DNA from: Macrostomum lignano
Taxonomy: Eukaryota
Reading direction: 5' to 3'
Assembly (NCBI GenBank): GCA_002269645.1
Contig: NIVC01002152.1
Coordinates: 136,069-200,068, forward strand
Length of the DNA stretch: 64,000 bases
Below are positions 1-12,734 of this stretch, piece after piece; within the stretch, counting starts at the first letter, position 1; the number at the start of each line of letters is the position of its first letter. Under the pieces are notes generated by a model. That model was not told where the DNA came from, searched no databases, and saw nothing but the letters and a program-made list of their open reading frames with translations. The translations under genes were made by a program, and so were the position numbers.

Positions 1-1
1 T

Positions 2-553
2 CTAAGAGCCGATGAAAACGTACACCAGCAAGGAGCAGCCGATGCCATCGCAGCTGAGCTTCAACAGGCCGACGGTCTGATCCGACTGGCTCCATACGAA
101 ATCGCGCGCCACAAACTGCGCCGGCTGATGCGAGCTGACGGCCACACCGCCGGCCAGTTCCAGATAGTCGGCGGACACCACAGGCCCGCTGCCGCTGCGG
201 GCAGTCAGCTGACGGACTGCCTCATCTAGCAGAGTCCGATTGGCCAGCATCACCGGCACATTCACGTACGAGTAGCCGCCAACCGGGTCCTCCAATACGT
301 CGACAGAAGCCGCGTCGCTGTAGAAGTCGCTGCGAGACGGTTGAACTGCTGCAGGCACGCAGAAGGCCGGCTCAGCCCACAGGCGGCTGCTGTCCGAGGC
401 GGCCTGCCACAGAGTCAGCTGGCAGCCGTGGGCCATCACTGTGCGCGGATTGGTCAGGCTATCGTCGTCCAGGTGGCTGCACGACGTTGCAGTTTCTGCC
501 ACCACCAGGGCGGCGGAACAGATCAGCAGCGCCAGTGCCGCCTTCGGTAGCAT
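2..553 (-). CDS. Putative secreted protein of unknown family (may continue past the window edge through an intron)
   Basis: ATG at 553 begins a signal-peptide-like stretch MLPKAALALLICSAALVVA. GC-rich coding-like composition and several Cys. No family motif recognised. Confidence 0.55.
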   Translation of the reverse strand: MLPKAALALLICSAALVVAETATSCSHLDDDSLTNPRTVMAHGCQLTLWQAASDSSRLWAEPAFCVPAAVQPSRSDFYSDAASVDVLEDPVGGYSYVNVPVMLANRTLLDEAVRQLTARSGSGPVVSADYLELAGGVAVSSHQPAQFVARDFVWSQSDQTVGLLKLSCDGIGCSLLVYVFIGS

Positions 554-1033
554 TCTGTGCGGCTCGCGTGTATGCTGGACAAGTCTAAGGCTGAGATTTT
601 CCTCTGAGGGGTTTGAACGATGCATCAGTTTAATTTATGCTAAATATCAGTTATTGATCTCTTGCTTAGGCTCTGGATTAAAGCAGTTGCCATGCGTTCT
701 TGATGGTTCAATTGATATGACTTAACTCATCTGCAAACCGCATCAGCAAACTGCATGATACGAATGAATAATCCGCAACATAGAAAATCGAAGAACACAT
801 CTGCACCCAGAGTTGCAAAACTTGTCATAGATTTTAGAATGCGATTGACGAATTATTAAACAACTGCAGTCTAACTATCATGCTGAATATGTTACGCTGC
901 CCTAGAGACTGTCTCTGTAGGATTTTAGCATCTATCAGAGTCCTTCATCATCTGGAATAGCGGCAAAGAATGTATATATCAGTGTGTAAAAGGGTCACAA
1001 AAGTTTTCCTTCTGTTTATTTATTACACTTGTA

Positions 1034-1279
1034 GCTGCAGCTATGGCGCGGCGCATCTGAAGGCTGCGCACGGCTGTTCAGTCCAAGGACTGGGGGGTCG
1101 CCACACACAGCCTCAAATACCCCAGCTAATGCTGGCACCCATTTTACAGCTGGGTGAACTGAAGCAATGCAGAGTTAAGTGTCTTGTTCAAGTACACCAA
1201 CTGTTCCGATTTGGTCGAGAATCGAACCCCCGACCTTTCATTCGTGAGTCCGACACTCTTACCACTAGGCTGCAACCCC
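1034..1279 (-). mobile_element. tRNA-derived CORE-SINE, copy 1 (3' tail missing)
   Basis: Minus strand has a tRNA-like head (A box GCCTAGTGGT, B box GTTCGATTC) followed by CTTGAACAAGACACTTAACTCT...CTTCAGTTCACCCAGCTGTAAAATGGG, which matches the MIR/CORE motif. Near-identical copies at 14797 and 37657. Confidence 0.85.
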
Positions 1280-2199
1280 AGGCCAAGAACTACGAGTCTC
1301 GTATCTATACTGCTCAAGCCTCATTCCCTGCATAGCCTGCTTGTTTTTAACAAAAACGCTGTGTAGAGAAATGGTCCCTCGGTCCCGCCAAAAAAATCGA
1401 TAATGCGTGAGGGTTGAAGTAGAACAGGATAGTAGATACAGAGCAAGCCATTCTCTCAGTGCTAATGAACACAAAATTTACCTCGCTACTAGAATCAGAG
1501 TCTGGTTCCTGACGTTCGCGAGGACTTGCGAACTGGTGCTTCATTTATGACTTCACGAGCCACGGGAAGCACAACGGCCGTTTCAGTAACGCAACAACAA
1601 TGAGATGCGAGTACAGCAGTGCGTGAGCCGATGTTTGCCAACCCTGTAGCTTTGCTGATTGTACTTTTAATTTATAATAAGTTAGGCTTTCATATCAGAT
1701 GAATTGACATTTCGTATTTGGACGGAGTGACAATTGTTCTCTTTTGAGATACTTTCTGCTTGCACATGATTTATTTGTCGATGCTTAATCCTATAATCCC
1801 AATCTTCTAATAATGCTTGAAATCCCAGTCTTCTAAAAATTCTAGGAATCGCGAACTCTCAATGCTGGGAATTCCAATCTCCCAATCTCCCTTTAATCAC
1901 ATCGTTCTAATCAAAATTTGTTTCAAAACACACAATGTACGCATAGTTTGTTCCTGATCATATCGGTGTCTGTAATACGCATATTTCATATTTACATGTA
2001 TGTATTCTTAATTGCATATAGAGCATGGTGTGAGCCTTATATTGCCCGCTATTCCAAGCAGTTAGTCAAGTTGCGGGCTTAATTTTTCAACCATTTGTCT
2101 ACCTTTGTATACCGACCTCAAACCCATAGAATATCTTATTTAAACTACTTTAATTTAGCGGGATGCATTCAGATAAATCCCGGATCCATACTTGTATGT

Positions 2200-2960
2200 C
2201 TATGGTTGAAGTTGGGGATGGGGGTGTGGGGGCGAAGCCCCCACAATCTTATCATATACAAAATTTCATTAAGAAATTTCCGAGTCACGAAGGAAGAGAA
2301 GAGAGAAGCTCGCTTATTTAGATACATACAATAATCCTTGCAATATGTCAGGGAAAGTGATCGATTAAATCCCACAAAATAAAATCTATGTCAATAACCT
2401 CCCTGAAAGTGAGCTTTAAGTATCAGATTAAACATGCCTTTTGAGGGAGTTATTTGTATAAATGATATATATTTCCCATTTATTTTGTTGTCTAGCGGGC
2501 AAAAGCAAGAGGTGTCTCGTTTATTGACCGAGGCGAAGCCGAGGTCAATGATCGAGACACCGAGTGCTTTTGGCCCTATACAGCTAAATGAGTGGGGAAT
2601 ATGATATGTATCCCCCGTTCGTTGTCTATGGTTGTTGTCTCGAATTTATCAGCCCGCGGGGCAGCGGGAAATAAATGATTTATTCACCTAGGGAAATAAA
2701 TGAAAACATGCGTCACATAGACACTCGCCCGGGGCAAAAGGGGGATACATCACGAGGGCCTGAGGCCCGAGGGATTTATGAAAATAACTCCCGAAAAAGG
2801 CATGTGTAATCTCGTATAAACCATAGACATTAAGACTTTGCGGGATATTATTGAATATTACCAAATAAAATCCCGAATTACCAAATTACCAAATTAAATA
2901 AAATAAAGTCTTTATTTCTATGGATTATAGTGGTTTAAGGGACACATACTCGTATACATG
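2200..2960. mobile_element. Probable non-autonomous DNA element rich in small hairpin motifs
   Basis: Hairpins GGGGGC-GAAG-CCCCC (about 2228), CCGAGGC-GAA-GCCGAGG (about 2528) and GAGGGCC-TGA-GGCCCGAGG (about 2754). No ORF; termini not defined. Confidence 0.35.
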
Positions 2961-4236
2961 CTCTATATGAGATAAAGCATGCTATTTTCCGGGCACTATT
3001 TAATTAGCGCCCTCGAGTCTTCGACGCATATTAATCGCCGTGTATTTATCGTCACTTCTGTTTAATAAACTGTTTTGTCTATGGTTGAAGCGCGCGTTGG
3101 AAGCCTGAAATAATGGAGAAATGGCGTTCCTTGGACAATCATAAAGACTCGGTGGGCCATAGAATAATGCACTTTATTCGAGCCGCGCAGGCCGTGGATT
3201 ACATCCGAGCACAAAGAAATATCGCCTAATACTCGGAGATGAACCATAGAATCTTCTCGTATCAGGCGATTCTTAATGTTTTCCTGGATTCTGTGATCGG
3301 GCTTTCCAAGAACTATCTCTCACCGTCGCAGCTCCGATGATAGCACAGCCTTTGACTACTGCAATTTAGCACGGTTATTCTGGTATCTGCTACCGAAATC
3401 AAAAGTAAAGAAAAAACAAAGGCAAAAAATTTCGTTCTTCTTATTAAGTTTTAGATCTCGCCAGCTGAGACATCCACTGCCTGCGGCTTGCCCGGATTTG
3501 AATAGGCGAAATTTCTATGAGAGATGAAGCAGAGAGGAGACAAAGGAGAGAACACTGACGCACTGACGCACTAGGGCACTCTGATATTCAAGAAGATTCA
3601 AGAGAACTCAAAAACATACGGTATAAGTCAGCCAAAAGAAGATTCCAATGCAAGCGGGCAGCTAAATTATTAATTTCTGCATATATTATTTTATTTATCA
3701 GCACACATTTGCACATGGTGAGAGAGTATAACACAGGCTAAAAAGTAAAACAAAAGTTTGAAATGGTAGAGGGCTGCACACAGGGTGTAGGTATAATTAC
3801 TTAGCGACTCCGAATAATCAATTACATACTAACAGTAGTAGTTATAAATATAATAGTAATAATAATAAAACAAAAACACCCATCTAAACACAATAGAGTG
3901 AATAATAATTACCTTACTAAGAGAATTAGAGAAAGCATAAAGCCATCCAATTAACTTAAATCCAAGAGACCAAAAGAAGAAGCGAAGAGGACGAAAAGGA
4001 AAAGAGAAAAAAGTTGGCGACGACAAATCGATAGGAAAAACTTTGTTTAGAGCCATCGGGACGAAATGAAGAAATACGCATGAAAAGACCGATAAACACA
4101 GCTAATCATAATAATGATAATAGTTACACAATAATATAGAAAACAGACGAAAATCATTGTGAGTGCTTTTTAATTAATTATATTTATAAAACAGATAATT
4201 CCACCGCACCAGGTGTAAACGAAATGACGCTTAAGC

Positions 4237-4810
4237 ATTACCACTGAATGTACATTAGCTTATACACTGAATGTACATTTGGTTGTACAGTGAGTGTACA
4301 TTTGGTTGTACACTGAATGTACATTAGCTTGTACACTGAATGTACATTAGCTTGTACACTGAATGTACATTTGGTTGTACACTGAGTGTACATTTGGTTG
4401 TACACTGAATGTACATTTGGTTGTACACTGAATGTACATTCGGTTGTACACTGAATGCACATTCGGCTGTACACACTGAAGGTACATGTGGTTTTACACT
4501 GAACGCACATTCGGTTGTACACTGCTGAAAGTACATGTAGTTGTACACTGAATGAAAATTCGGTTGTAAAATGAATGCACATTGGCTTGTAGACTGAATG
4601 TACATTAGTTTGTACACTGAATGTACATTAGTTTGTAAACTGAATGTACATTAGCTTGTACACTGAATGTACATTAGTTTGTACACTGAATGTACATTAG
4701 CTTGTAAACTGAATGTACATTAGCTTGTACACTGAATGTACATCTGGTTGTACACTGAATGCACATTTGGTTGTACACTGAATGTACATTAGCTTGTACA
4801 CTGAATGCAC
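4237..4810. repeat. 23-bp minisatellite (TACACTGAATGTACATTAGCTTG)
   Basis: About 25 direct tandem copies with TAGCTTG/TTGGTTG variants. Confidence 0.95.
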
Positions 4811-5717
4811 AGTGACCCCACCTCACTCCATAGCCAGGCAACGAACATCCACACACCTCTTTTTATTGACCAGCTCTCTTATCGCTTTAATTTTTTCTAC
4901 TAACAAGAGAGAATCTGACAAAAGAAAATTATAAAACAATAATATTTTTAAATAGCAAAACCATTTACTAGCATTAACCTGCGGCCTAACTTCCGCATCC
5001 ATACATACATAATAGAATGTCAGTTAAAAAAATAATAGAAATTCAATAACACCCCACAGCCGGATATACAACAGAAGATTGCGGAGAATTAATTAAATTA
5101 GAATACTAATTATACTAAAATGAAGGGTTTAACATCGGGACATACAAATTACTTTCTCGACATAAATACTTACTTTCTCGTATTAAAGTCAGTATACGAA
5201 CAGAAAAACGATTTTACGTTAGTTAGACAGACACTAAAGATAACTTGATTTACCAATAATTATACACATAAACACCAGTATTGTGTATATAGTCAAGCGT
5301 AATACCAAATAAGCGCAGAGAACTAATCTACATAGCAAGATATTACCTCAAATAAAAAAAACATTTTGCTCGACCAAAACTAAAATTTTTGTTAGGAGAA
5401 AATAAAAATTATTAAATGGGACACGTGAACTGTAGACGAGTAAAGCAAAAAGCCAGACAAAAACAATTTGCGATATATAGTACTACTACAACTATTGATA
5501 GTAGTAAATCGAGTCACCAACACAGAAATGGCAATGGACTTACTATTGACCAGCTATTTAGTCAGATAAATGTTGCGAACACATCACATCTAGCTAAAAG
5601 CTAAACATAAAATAAAAGAAAACTATAGGGAGAAAAGCAGACATACAGCAAGTTATTTGTGTGACCCGCATTTCTTCTTTTTTCCTACCAACTAAAACTG
5701 AATCCGAAAAGACGGAC

Positions 5718-5890
5718 AGACTGCCCTCTAGGCTGAGATCCGTCCTTCTACATTTAACCCCTCTCTCCTTACTGCTCTCTCATTGGCTGAGCCAGATTGG
5801 GCCTGCCCTCTAGGCTGAGTTTTCATCCGTCTGACTTTAACCTCTCTCCTCACTGTTCTCTCATTGGCTGTGCAAGATTGGACCTGCCCC
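5718..5890. repeat. Two-copy direct duplication of about 90 bp downstream of TM9SF3
   Basis: CTGCCCTCTAGGCTGAG...TTTAACC...CTCTCATTGGCTG...AGATTGG occurs twice. Confidence 0.7.
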
Positions 5891-6316
5891 TTAGTCACTT
5901 GTGTACATCCAGTTAAATTGCTTGTTGTTCATTCCTAACCCCATTTACTCCTGACGCTGCAACCCCGAGGAAGGAAATGAAATTTTAGCTGCCACATTTA
6001 ACTTATGTGACACTGCGCAGACAAACTACTGAAAAAGAGTAGACGCTCTTATCTAGTTATTCTAGTAACTGTGGTTTGGACAAAATCTACACTACATGAC
6101 ATTCCCAGTTTCTCTACAGCGTTAAGAATAGACTCTCAAATGCTCCCTGTGATATAGCTGCAATACATCCAAATTGCGGGCATGCAAACTTCACCTTATT
6201 ATTAGTCTAAACTGAATGTTTAATGTTTAAAGCAAGCAAAGAACAGTCTAATGATGAAATTTCACTGTTCAGCCAATAAACCTCAGCTTAAAGTTCACAC
6301 ACAGAGCCGGAGAAGC

Positions 6317-6799
6317 TCAGTCAATCTTCACTGTAGAATAGATCTTGCGGACAAACAAGCTAGTAGCCACAAAACCGATAGCGCCGCAGACCAGAGCCAA
6401 AGCGGCGCAGAACAGGGCCATGTAACCAAAGTAGAATGACGTCTGGAACAGGCCGTACATTTTCGTCTTGAAAAAGAAATAGTACACGGCGTACATGTAC
6501 AGATAGAGGGCGGTGGACGCTCCGGAGAGGAAGGAGCACCACTGCCAGCGGTAGTCCTCGGAGTTCAATAGGAAGTAGGCACACACGACCGTGACGCAGC
6601 CGGTGACGCACAGCAGGATGAGGAACACCAGGAAACTGAAGCCGAACACGTAATAGACTTTGTAGGCCCAAAACGAGGTGAATACGAAGTACATCTCGAT
6701 GAAGATCGAGCCGAAGGGCAGCAGGCCGCCTAGCAGGCAGATGACTGGCGGCTCCATGAACCAGCGCTTCTCAGGTATGGGCCGGGGCACCGCGTTCAC
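6317..6799 (-). CDS. TM9SF3: Transmembrane 9 superfamily member 3, exon 3 (last)
   Basis: Acceptor ccccag|GTGAAC gives [14 protein letters not shown]...[14 protein letters not shown]...EDYRWQW...KIYSTVKID then TGA, the conserved nonaspanin C-terminus. Confidence 0.97.
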   Translation of the reverse strand: MNAVPRPIPEKRWFMEPPVICLLGGLLPFGSIFIEMYFVFTSFWAYKVYYVFGFSFLVFLILLCVTGCVTVVCAYFLLNSEDYRWQWCSFLSGASTALYLYMYAVYYFFFKTKMYGLFQTSFYFGYMALFCAALALVCGAIGFVATSLFVRKIYSTVKID

Positions 6800-6834
6800 C
6801 TGGGGATGGGGTAATGGGTTGATAAGATAGTAAT

Positions 6835-7310
6835 AAGCTGCTGACATTATGGGAGTCAGCTGACATAATTGGAATCGGCTGACATGATGGGGATCAACTG
6901 ACATAATTGGAATCGGCTGACATGATGGGGATCAACTGACATGATGGCGATCAGCTGACATGATGGGGATCAACTGACATGATGGGGATCAGCTGACATG
7001 ATGGGGATCAACTGACATGATGGGGATCAACTGACATGATGGGGATCAACTGACATGATGGGGATCAGCTAACATGATGGGGATCAACTGACATGATGGG
7101 GATCAACTGACATGATGGGGATCAACTGACATGATGGGGATCAGCTAACATGATGGGGATCGGCTGACATGATGGGAATCGGCAGACATGATGGGGATCA
7201 GCTGATATGATGGGAATCGGCTGACATGACATTGGGATCAGCTGACATGGTGGGAATCTGCTGACATGATAGATCACAGGACATTGGGATCAGCTGATAC
7301 GACAGTGATA
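6835..7310. repeat. 19-bp intronic minisatellite (CTGACATGATGGGGATCAA)
   Basis: Tandem copies fill most of TM9SF3 intron 2 and degrade toward both edges. Confidence 0.95.
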
Positions 7311-7359
7311 CATCCGATGCATTGCCATAGCAACAGCTAAAACCCCAGACGGAACGAAC

Positions 7360-7818
7360 CCGACAGGGCAGGTTGGGCTGGCCAGCCAGGTTGCGGCCCA
7401 GCACGGTGCCAACAAGGCTCAGCGGCAGGATGACGAAGCCAAGGATTGCCAGCATGGCGATGCTGTGCAGCACTGGCAGGCTGCGCGAGGCCCGATAGCC
7501 GATAGCGATCAGATTGACAGACAGAGCCACCGAGGTGAGCAGAGCCGGTATAAACAAGGCCTGCACCACGGCCTGCTTGATCCACTTCCTGCCGCCGGAT
7601 CTGGCGTACAGGGCGCCGCCAACGAATCCGCCAACTGGGCTGGCGGCCGCGTACACAAAGATAGTGGCTGACAGCAGGCTGCCCCGCTCGGTGTACATCT
7701 CTACTAGCATGGCCAGGCTGACTACGGCCAGAATGACGCAGGCCAGCTGCAGGCCGGAGCCAATCAGGACGGAGAATAGCAGCGGCTGGGTTGGGGCGCG
7801 GAACACGTCACCGTGCAC
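7360..7818 (-). CDS. TM9SF3: TM9SF3 exon 2
   Basis: Acceptor ctcccag|GTGCAC (VHGDVFR) to donor CGG|GTTCGT. 459 nt, phase 0/0, with TM helices and NLAGQPNLPCR. Confidence 0.96.
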
Positions 7819-8319
7819 CTGGGAGGGGGGGTTATAATCAATTTTTGACACGCTGTGAGAATCTATTGGCTGAATTACCCCCATACCGGTACACGCAAGA
7901 GTCAAAAGCTATTTCTGAATACAACTGTTGAGCAAGAGATTGTCTCCGAGCACCCATGCCTGTATCGGCAATTTCGGCAATGCACAAATGCGGCCTTACG
8001 GTTAACAAGATTTAACGGACGTGAAAAATTACCAATCGCCGTTAAGTAGGCGTGTAATATTCCCTACTGCTTGAAATGCTATGATATAAGTAACTTGCAG
8101 CATTTTGAACGCCCCATCCAGGAAATTCACTATCAAATATCGAAGGTTGTGACAAGTATTGATGCTAAAGTATGCGCGGTCGGAGATCTTTCTGTTGCCA
8201 AGGCAACAGTATCACGCAACTCACGTGGTCATCATTGCTGTCGGATAATCGCAACACTGACTTATGCAATTTAATCAATTTTGCCTTACACTCAACTATC
8301 CAAGCAGTCAGTAGTCTTA

Positions 8320-9715
8320 AAGTGTCATTTTGTAGAAAAAGGTGTCATTTTGTTGGGAAAGGTGTCATTTTGTAGGGAAAGGTGTCATTTTGTAGGGAAA
8401 GGTGTCATTTTGTAGGAAAAGGTGTAATTTTGTTGGCAAAGGTGTAATTTTGTTAGGAAGGTGTCATTTTGTAGGGAAAGGTGTCGTTTTGTAGGGAAAG
8501 GTGTCATTTTGTAGGGAAAGGTGTCATTTTGTAGGGAAAGGTGTCATTTTGTAGGGAAAGGTGTCATTTTGTAGGGAAAGGTGTCATTTTGTAAGGAATG
8601 GTGTCATTTTGTTGGGAAAGGTGTCATTTTGTAGGGAAAGGTGTCATTTTGTAGGGAAAGGTGTCATTTTGTAGGAAAAGGTGTAATTTTGTTGGCAAAG
8701 GTGTAATTTTGTTAGGAAGGTGTCATTTTGTAGGGAAAGGTGTCGTTTTGTAGGGAAAGGTGTCATTTTGTAGGGAAAGGTGTCATTTTGTAGGGAAAGG
8801 TGTCATTTTGTAGGGAAAGGTGTCATTTTGTAGGGAAAGGTGTCATTTTGTAAGGAATGGTGTCATTTTGTTGGGAAAGGTGTCATTTTGTAGGGAAAGG
8901 TGTCATTTTGTAGGGAAAGGTGTCATTTTGTAGGGAAAGGTGTCATTTTGTAAGGAATGGTGTCATTTTGTTGGGAAAGGTGTCATTTTGTAGGGAAAGG
9001 TGTCATTTTGTAGGGAAAGGTGTCATTTTGTAGGGAAAGGTGTCATTTTGTAGGGAAAGGTGTCATTTTGTAGAAAAAGGTGTCATTTTGTTGGGAAAGG
9101 TGTCATTTTGTAGGGAAAGGTGTCATTTTGTAGGGAAAGGTGTCATTTTGTAGGGAAAGGTGTCATTTTGTAGGGAAAGGTGTCATTTTGTAGGGAAAGG
9201 TGTCATTTTGTAGGGAAAGGTGTCATTTTGTAAGGAATGGTGTCATTTTGTTGGGAAAGGTGTCATTTTGTAGGGAAAGGTGTCATTTTGTAGGGAAAGG
9301 TGTCATTTTGTAGAAAAAGGTGTCATTTTGTTGGGAAAGATGTCATTTTGTTGGGAAAGGTGTCATTTTGTAGGGAAAGGTGTCATTTTGTTGGGAAAGG
9401 TGTCATTTTGTAGGGAAAGGTGTCATTTTGTAGGGAAAGGTGTCATTTTGTAGGGAAAGGTGTCATTTTGTAGGGAAAGGTGTCATTTTGTAGGGAAAGG
9501 TGTCATTTTGTAGGGAAAGGTGTCATTTTGTAGGGAAAGGTGTCATTTTGTTGGGAAAGGTGTCATTTTGTAGGGAAAGGTGTCATTTTGTTGGGAAAGG
9601 TGTCATTTTGTAGGGAAAGGTGTCATTTTGTAGGGAAAGGTGTCATTTTGTTGGGAAAGGTGTCATTTTGTTGGGAAAGGTGTAGTTTTGTAGGGAAAGG
9701 TGTCATTTTGTAGTA
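8320..9715. repeat. 20-bp satellite (GGTGTCATTTTGTAGGGAAA), about 70 copies
   Basis: Exact 20-bp periodicity in TM9SF3 intron 1 with no spacers. Confidence 0.97.
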
Positions 9716-9774
9716 GACTAATGCTATATCTTGACTTTGACTAAATTTTTCTTAACTTTTGTGCACTTTTTGCG

Positions 9775-9838
9775 GCCCGCGTATCTTAAATAAATATAGA
9801 ATGCGGCCCGCTGCTAACAGTGGGTTGGAGACCCCTGC
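9775..9838 (-). mobile_element. hAT-like terminal sequence (solo end)
   Basis: Reverse complement CAGGGGTCTCCAACC with subterminal GCGGCCCG repeats. No partner end found. Confidence 0.5.
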
Positions 9839-10201
9839 TTTAGCCCAACCCCGATTCTGAATTTTAGCGTCGGTCATTGCTTGTCTGACGGTGTTTTGCG
9901 ACATTTCGTACTCGCCTTAAGCCACTTAAGCGACACTGCAAGGTATAAGCCGCAAAAACAAAATTAGCTGCTAATTAACGAATAAAAGGGCACTGACTGG
10001 ATTGCTCATTAGATAACATCAATCAAGTTGACTAAATCTGTTTGCTCATGCCATTGAATGGAAAAATATTGTATAATCTTTTTTTGCTCTGAAATTACTT
10101 AGTTAACTCTGATCATAACTGCTTCCAGATTTTTCTTCCTTCTATATCCGTCAACGACAGCCCAAGCCCAACACACACTGAGATAACTAGCTGCTCCTGA
10201 C

Positions 10202-11017
10202 CTGCTTCCAGCCGTACTCATCTCCGAGATCCCGCTCCAAATCGTCCACATCGTCGGCCTTATTGTAGCGATCGTAGTCTTTGCGCAGAGTTCGCATCAG
10301 GATCATGGACACCAGGCCAACAAGGAATACAACCATCATAAACGAATTGAAGATCGAGAACCAATGAATCCGGTGTTGGAAGAAGCTCGGGTCCAGATAC
10401 TTATCAAACCGGTCGGCAAATTGCACCTTCGAAGGTTTAAACGTGACCTCGTAAGAGAAGGTAACCTTGGCGCCAGGTTTAATCAGCACTTTAGAGTCGC
10501 TAGTGAGATTAACATCAACAATCTGTTTGGCATTGACGCCAATATCTAATTTCTTGTGCGTCCACAGATAGAACTGCGGCGGATCGTCTTTGCTAATTTC
10601 GCCAACAATACCCCAGATTGGCAGGTCGTCAATGTACATCTGGTACCAATAGTGATTTTTAACGGCGTATATGAACGCTTCGGCCTTCTCCTCGGACAGC
10701 GTCACCTCGCAATAGGTGGTCCGCTTCACCGGCACGTTGAAGTCGATGTCTAAGCCGGACAATTCCAATTCAACGCCTTGCAAAGCTTCGCCAAGCGTCT
10801 CGTGGTAATGGGCAATGTCCTGCTTGGGACCGCGGCAGAATGGCAGGGAAAAATAAGTGTAAGTCTCCTGTCTATTGTGGTAGGGGCCGACGGTGTTCAT
10901 CCACAGTACGACCTCTTCGCCCTCCTCGTACACGTGGTTGTGCTCGTCTGAGCTGACAAGCTGGACAAGACTGAGTGCCAGCATAGTCAGATAGAACAGC
11001 GCTTTTATCTGCAGCAT
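10202..11017 (-). CDS. TM9SF3: TM9SF3 exon 1
   Basis: ATG at 11017, signal peptide, [30 protein letters not shown]...[13 protein letters not shown]...EYGWKQ, donor CAG|GTCAGG. 816 nt. The three exons total 585 aa. Confidence 0.97.
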
Positions 11018-11245
11018 TCTTCTCTATACTACTGGACTGTTAGTTAGTAGCTAATGGCGGGTGCGAATGTACTTTTGATAATTGTTTCGATAGAATCGGT
11101 CGAATTTCGACAGCCTTTACGCGGTTATAGTTAGTAAACATGCATAAAAGTTAAATGAGGTTGGAGATGGCACTAATTTATACAATGATTTCTAATTGCC
11201 TGCTTTCTTAATATGTATAAATGCTATGTCTGTTTATGAATATCA

Positions 11246-11246
11246 G

Positions 11247-11316
<70 letters not shown>

Positions 11317-11333
11317 CATCTATCCATCCATCC

Positions 11334-11380
<47 letters not shown>

Positions 11381-11385
11381 CATCC

Positions 11386-11416
<31 letters not shown>

Positions 11417-11417
11417 C

Positions 11418-11460
<43 letters not shown>

Positions 11461-11465
11461 CATCC

Positions 11466-11512
<47 letters not shown>

Positions 11513-11735
11513 CATCTATCTATCTATCCATCCATCTATCTATCTATCTATCTATCCATCCATCCATCTATCTATCTATCTATCCATCTATCTATCTATC
11601 TATCCATCTATCTATCTATCTATCCATCCATCTATCTATCTACTATCTATCTATCTACTATCTATCTATCTATCCATCTATCTATCTATCTATCCATCCA
11701 TCCATCTATCTATCTATCTATCTATCCATCCATCC

Positions 11736-11778
<43 letters not shown>

Positions 11779-11843
11779 CATCTATCTATCTATCTATCCA
11801 TCCATCCATCCATCCATCCATCTATCTATCTATCTATCCATCC

Positions 11844-11930
<87 letters not shown>

Positions 11931-11943
11931 CATCCATCCATCC

Positions 11944-12026
<83 letters not shown>

Positions 12027-12050
12027 CATCCATCTATCTATCTATCTATC
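11246..12050. repeat. Compound (TATC)n/(TCCA)n microsatellite, about 800 bp
   Basis: Direct reading. It produces the artefactual LSIY ORFs. Confidence 0.98.
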
Positions 12051-12734
12051 TGTGTTCTATCTTCTATTGTACTTTCTATTTACTTATCTGTTTGTGAGTT
12101 TACCTGTCTTCTACCTACTATCTATCTGTTCACCCTTTACTGTACAGTTAGCTAAAAGAATAGAAGACGAGGGTGAAAACTATTTAAAAAACAAAAATGA
12201 ACGATTTTTTTGTATTTATACTTGCTTTGTAGTAGAAATATTATAAAAAATGACGGATTATACAGAACGCAATACCAGAAACATACAGAAATGAAATGAT
12301 GTGAAATTTACTTTTTAATTTGCTCCTATATTGATGAATTATATGCAGGTAAAAAATGACATTTGATCAATGGTGTTGTGTAACTCGGTGTCACTCAGGC
12401 TTGTGTTAAAGATAAAAATGTATCAAGGATAAAGCACAGAACTCTATAAAACTGGAGTAGACATATCTGAAATCTAAACGGATTTCGGACTGTAATGAGG
12501 ATTAAGCATCGTAATTAACCAACCTGGAGTAGCAAATAGTAAAAATAATAGTAAAATAGCAGATTGTATTATAGAATGCACAGGGAATAGTTTTAAAAGA
12601 TTAACGCTTTAAAATGCGAAGTTTTCGGTTCATATACGGAAGAGATTAGAAAATGTTCTAGCGTTAAAATACGCACCATATAGTTAAAATTGGCCGTAGA
12701 AAATGCCATCGCATTGTAATACGAGAATAGATGA

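Noticed and set aside
1205-1279. tRNA gene (also about 15050-15122 and 37890-37966)
   Set aside because: The A and B boxes belong to SINE heads followed by the CORE segment. There is no complete acceptor stem.
8320-9715. Regular short direct repeats suggesting a CRISPR array
   Set aside because: The units are contiguous with no unique spacers, there are no cas genes, and the context is a eukaryotic intron. The same applies to all other arrays.
11196-12246. 319-aa and 341-aa LSIY-repeat ORFs
   Set aside because: They are translations of a (TATC)n microsatellite.
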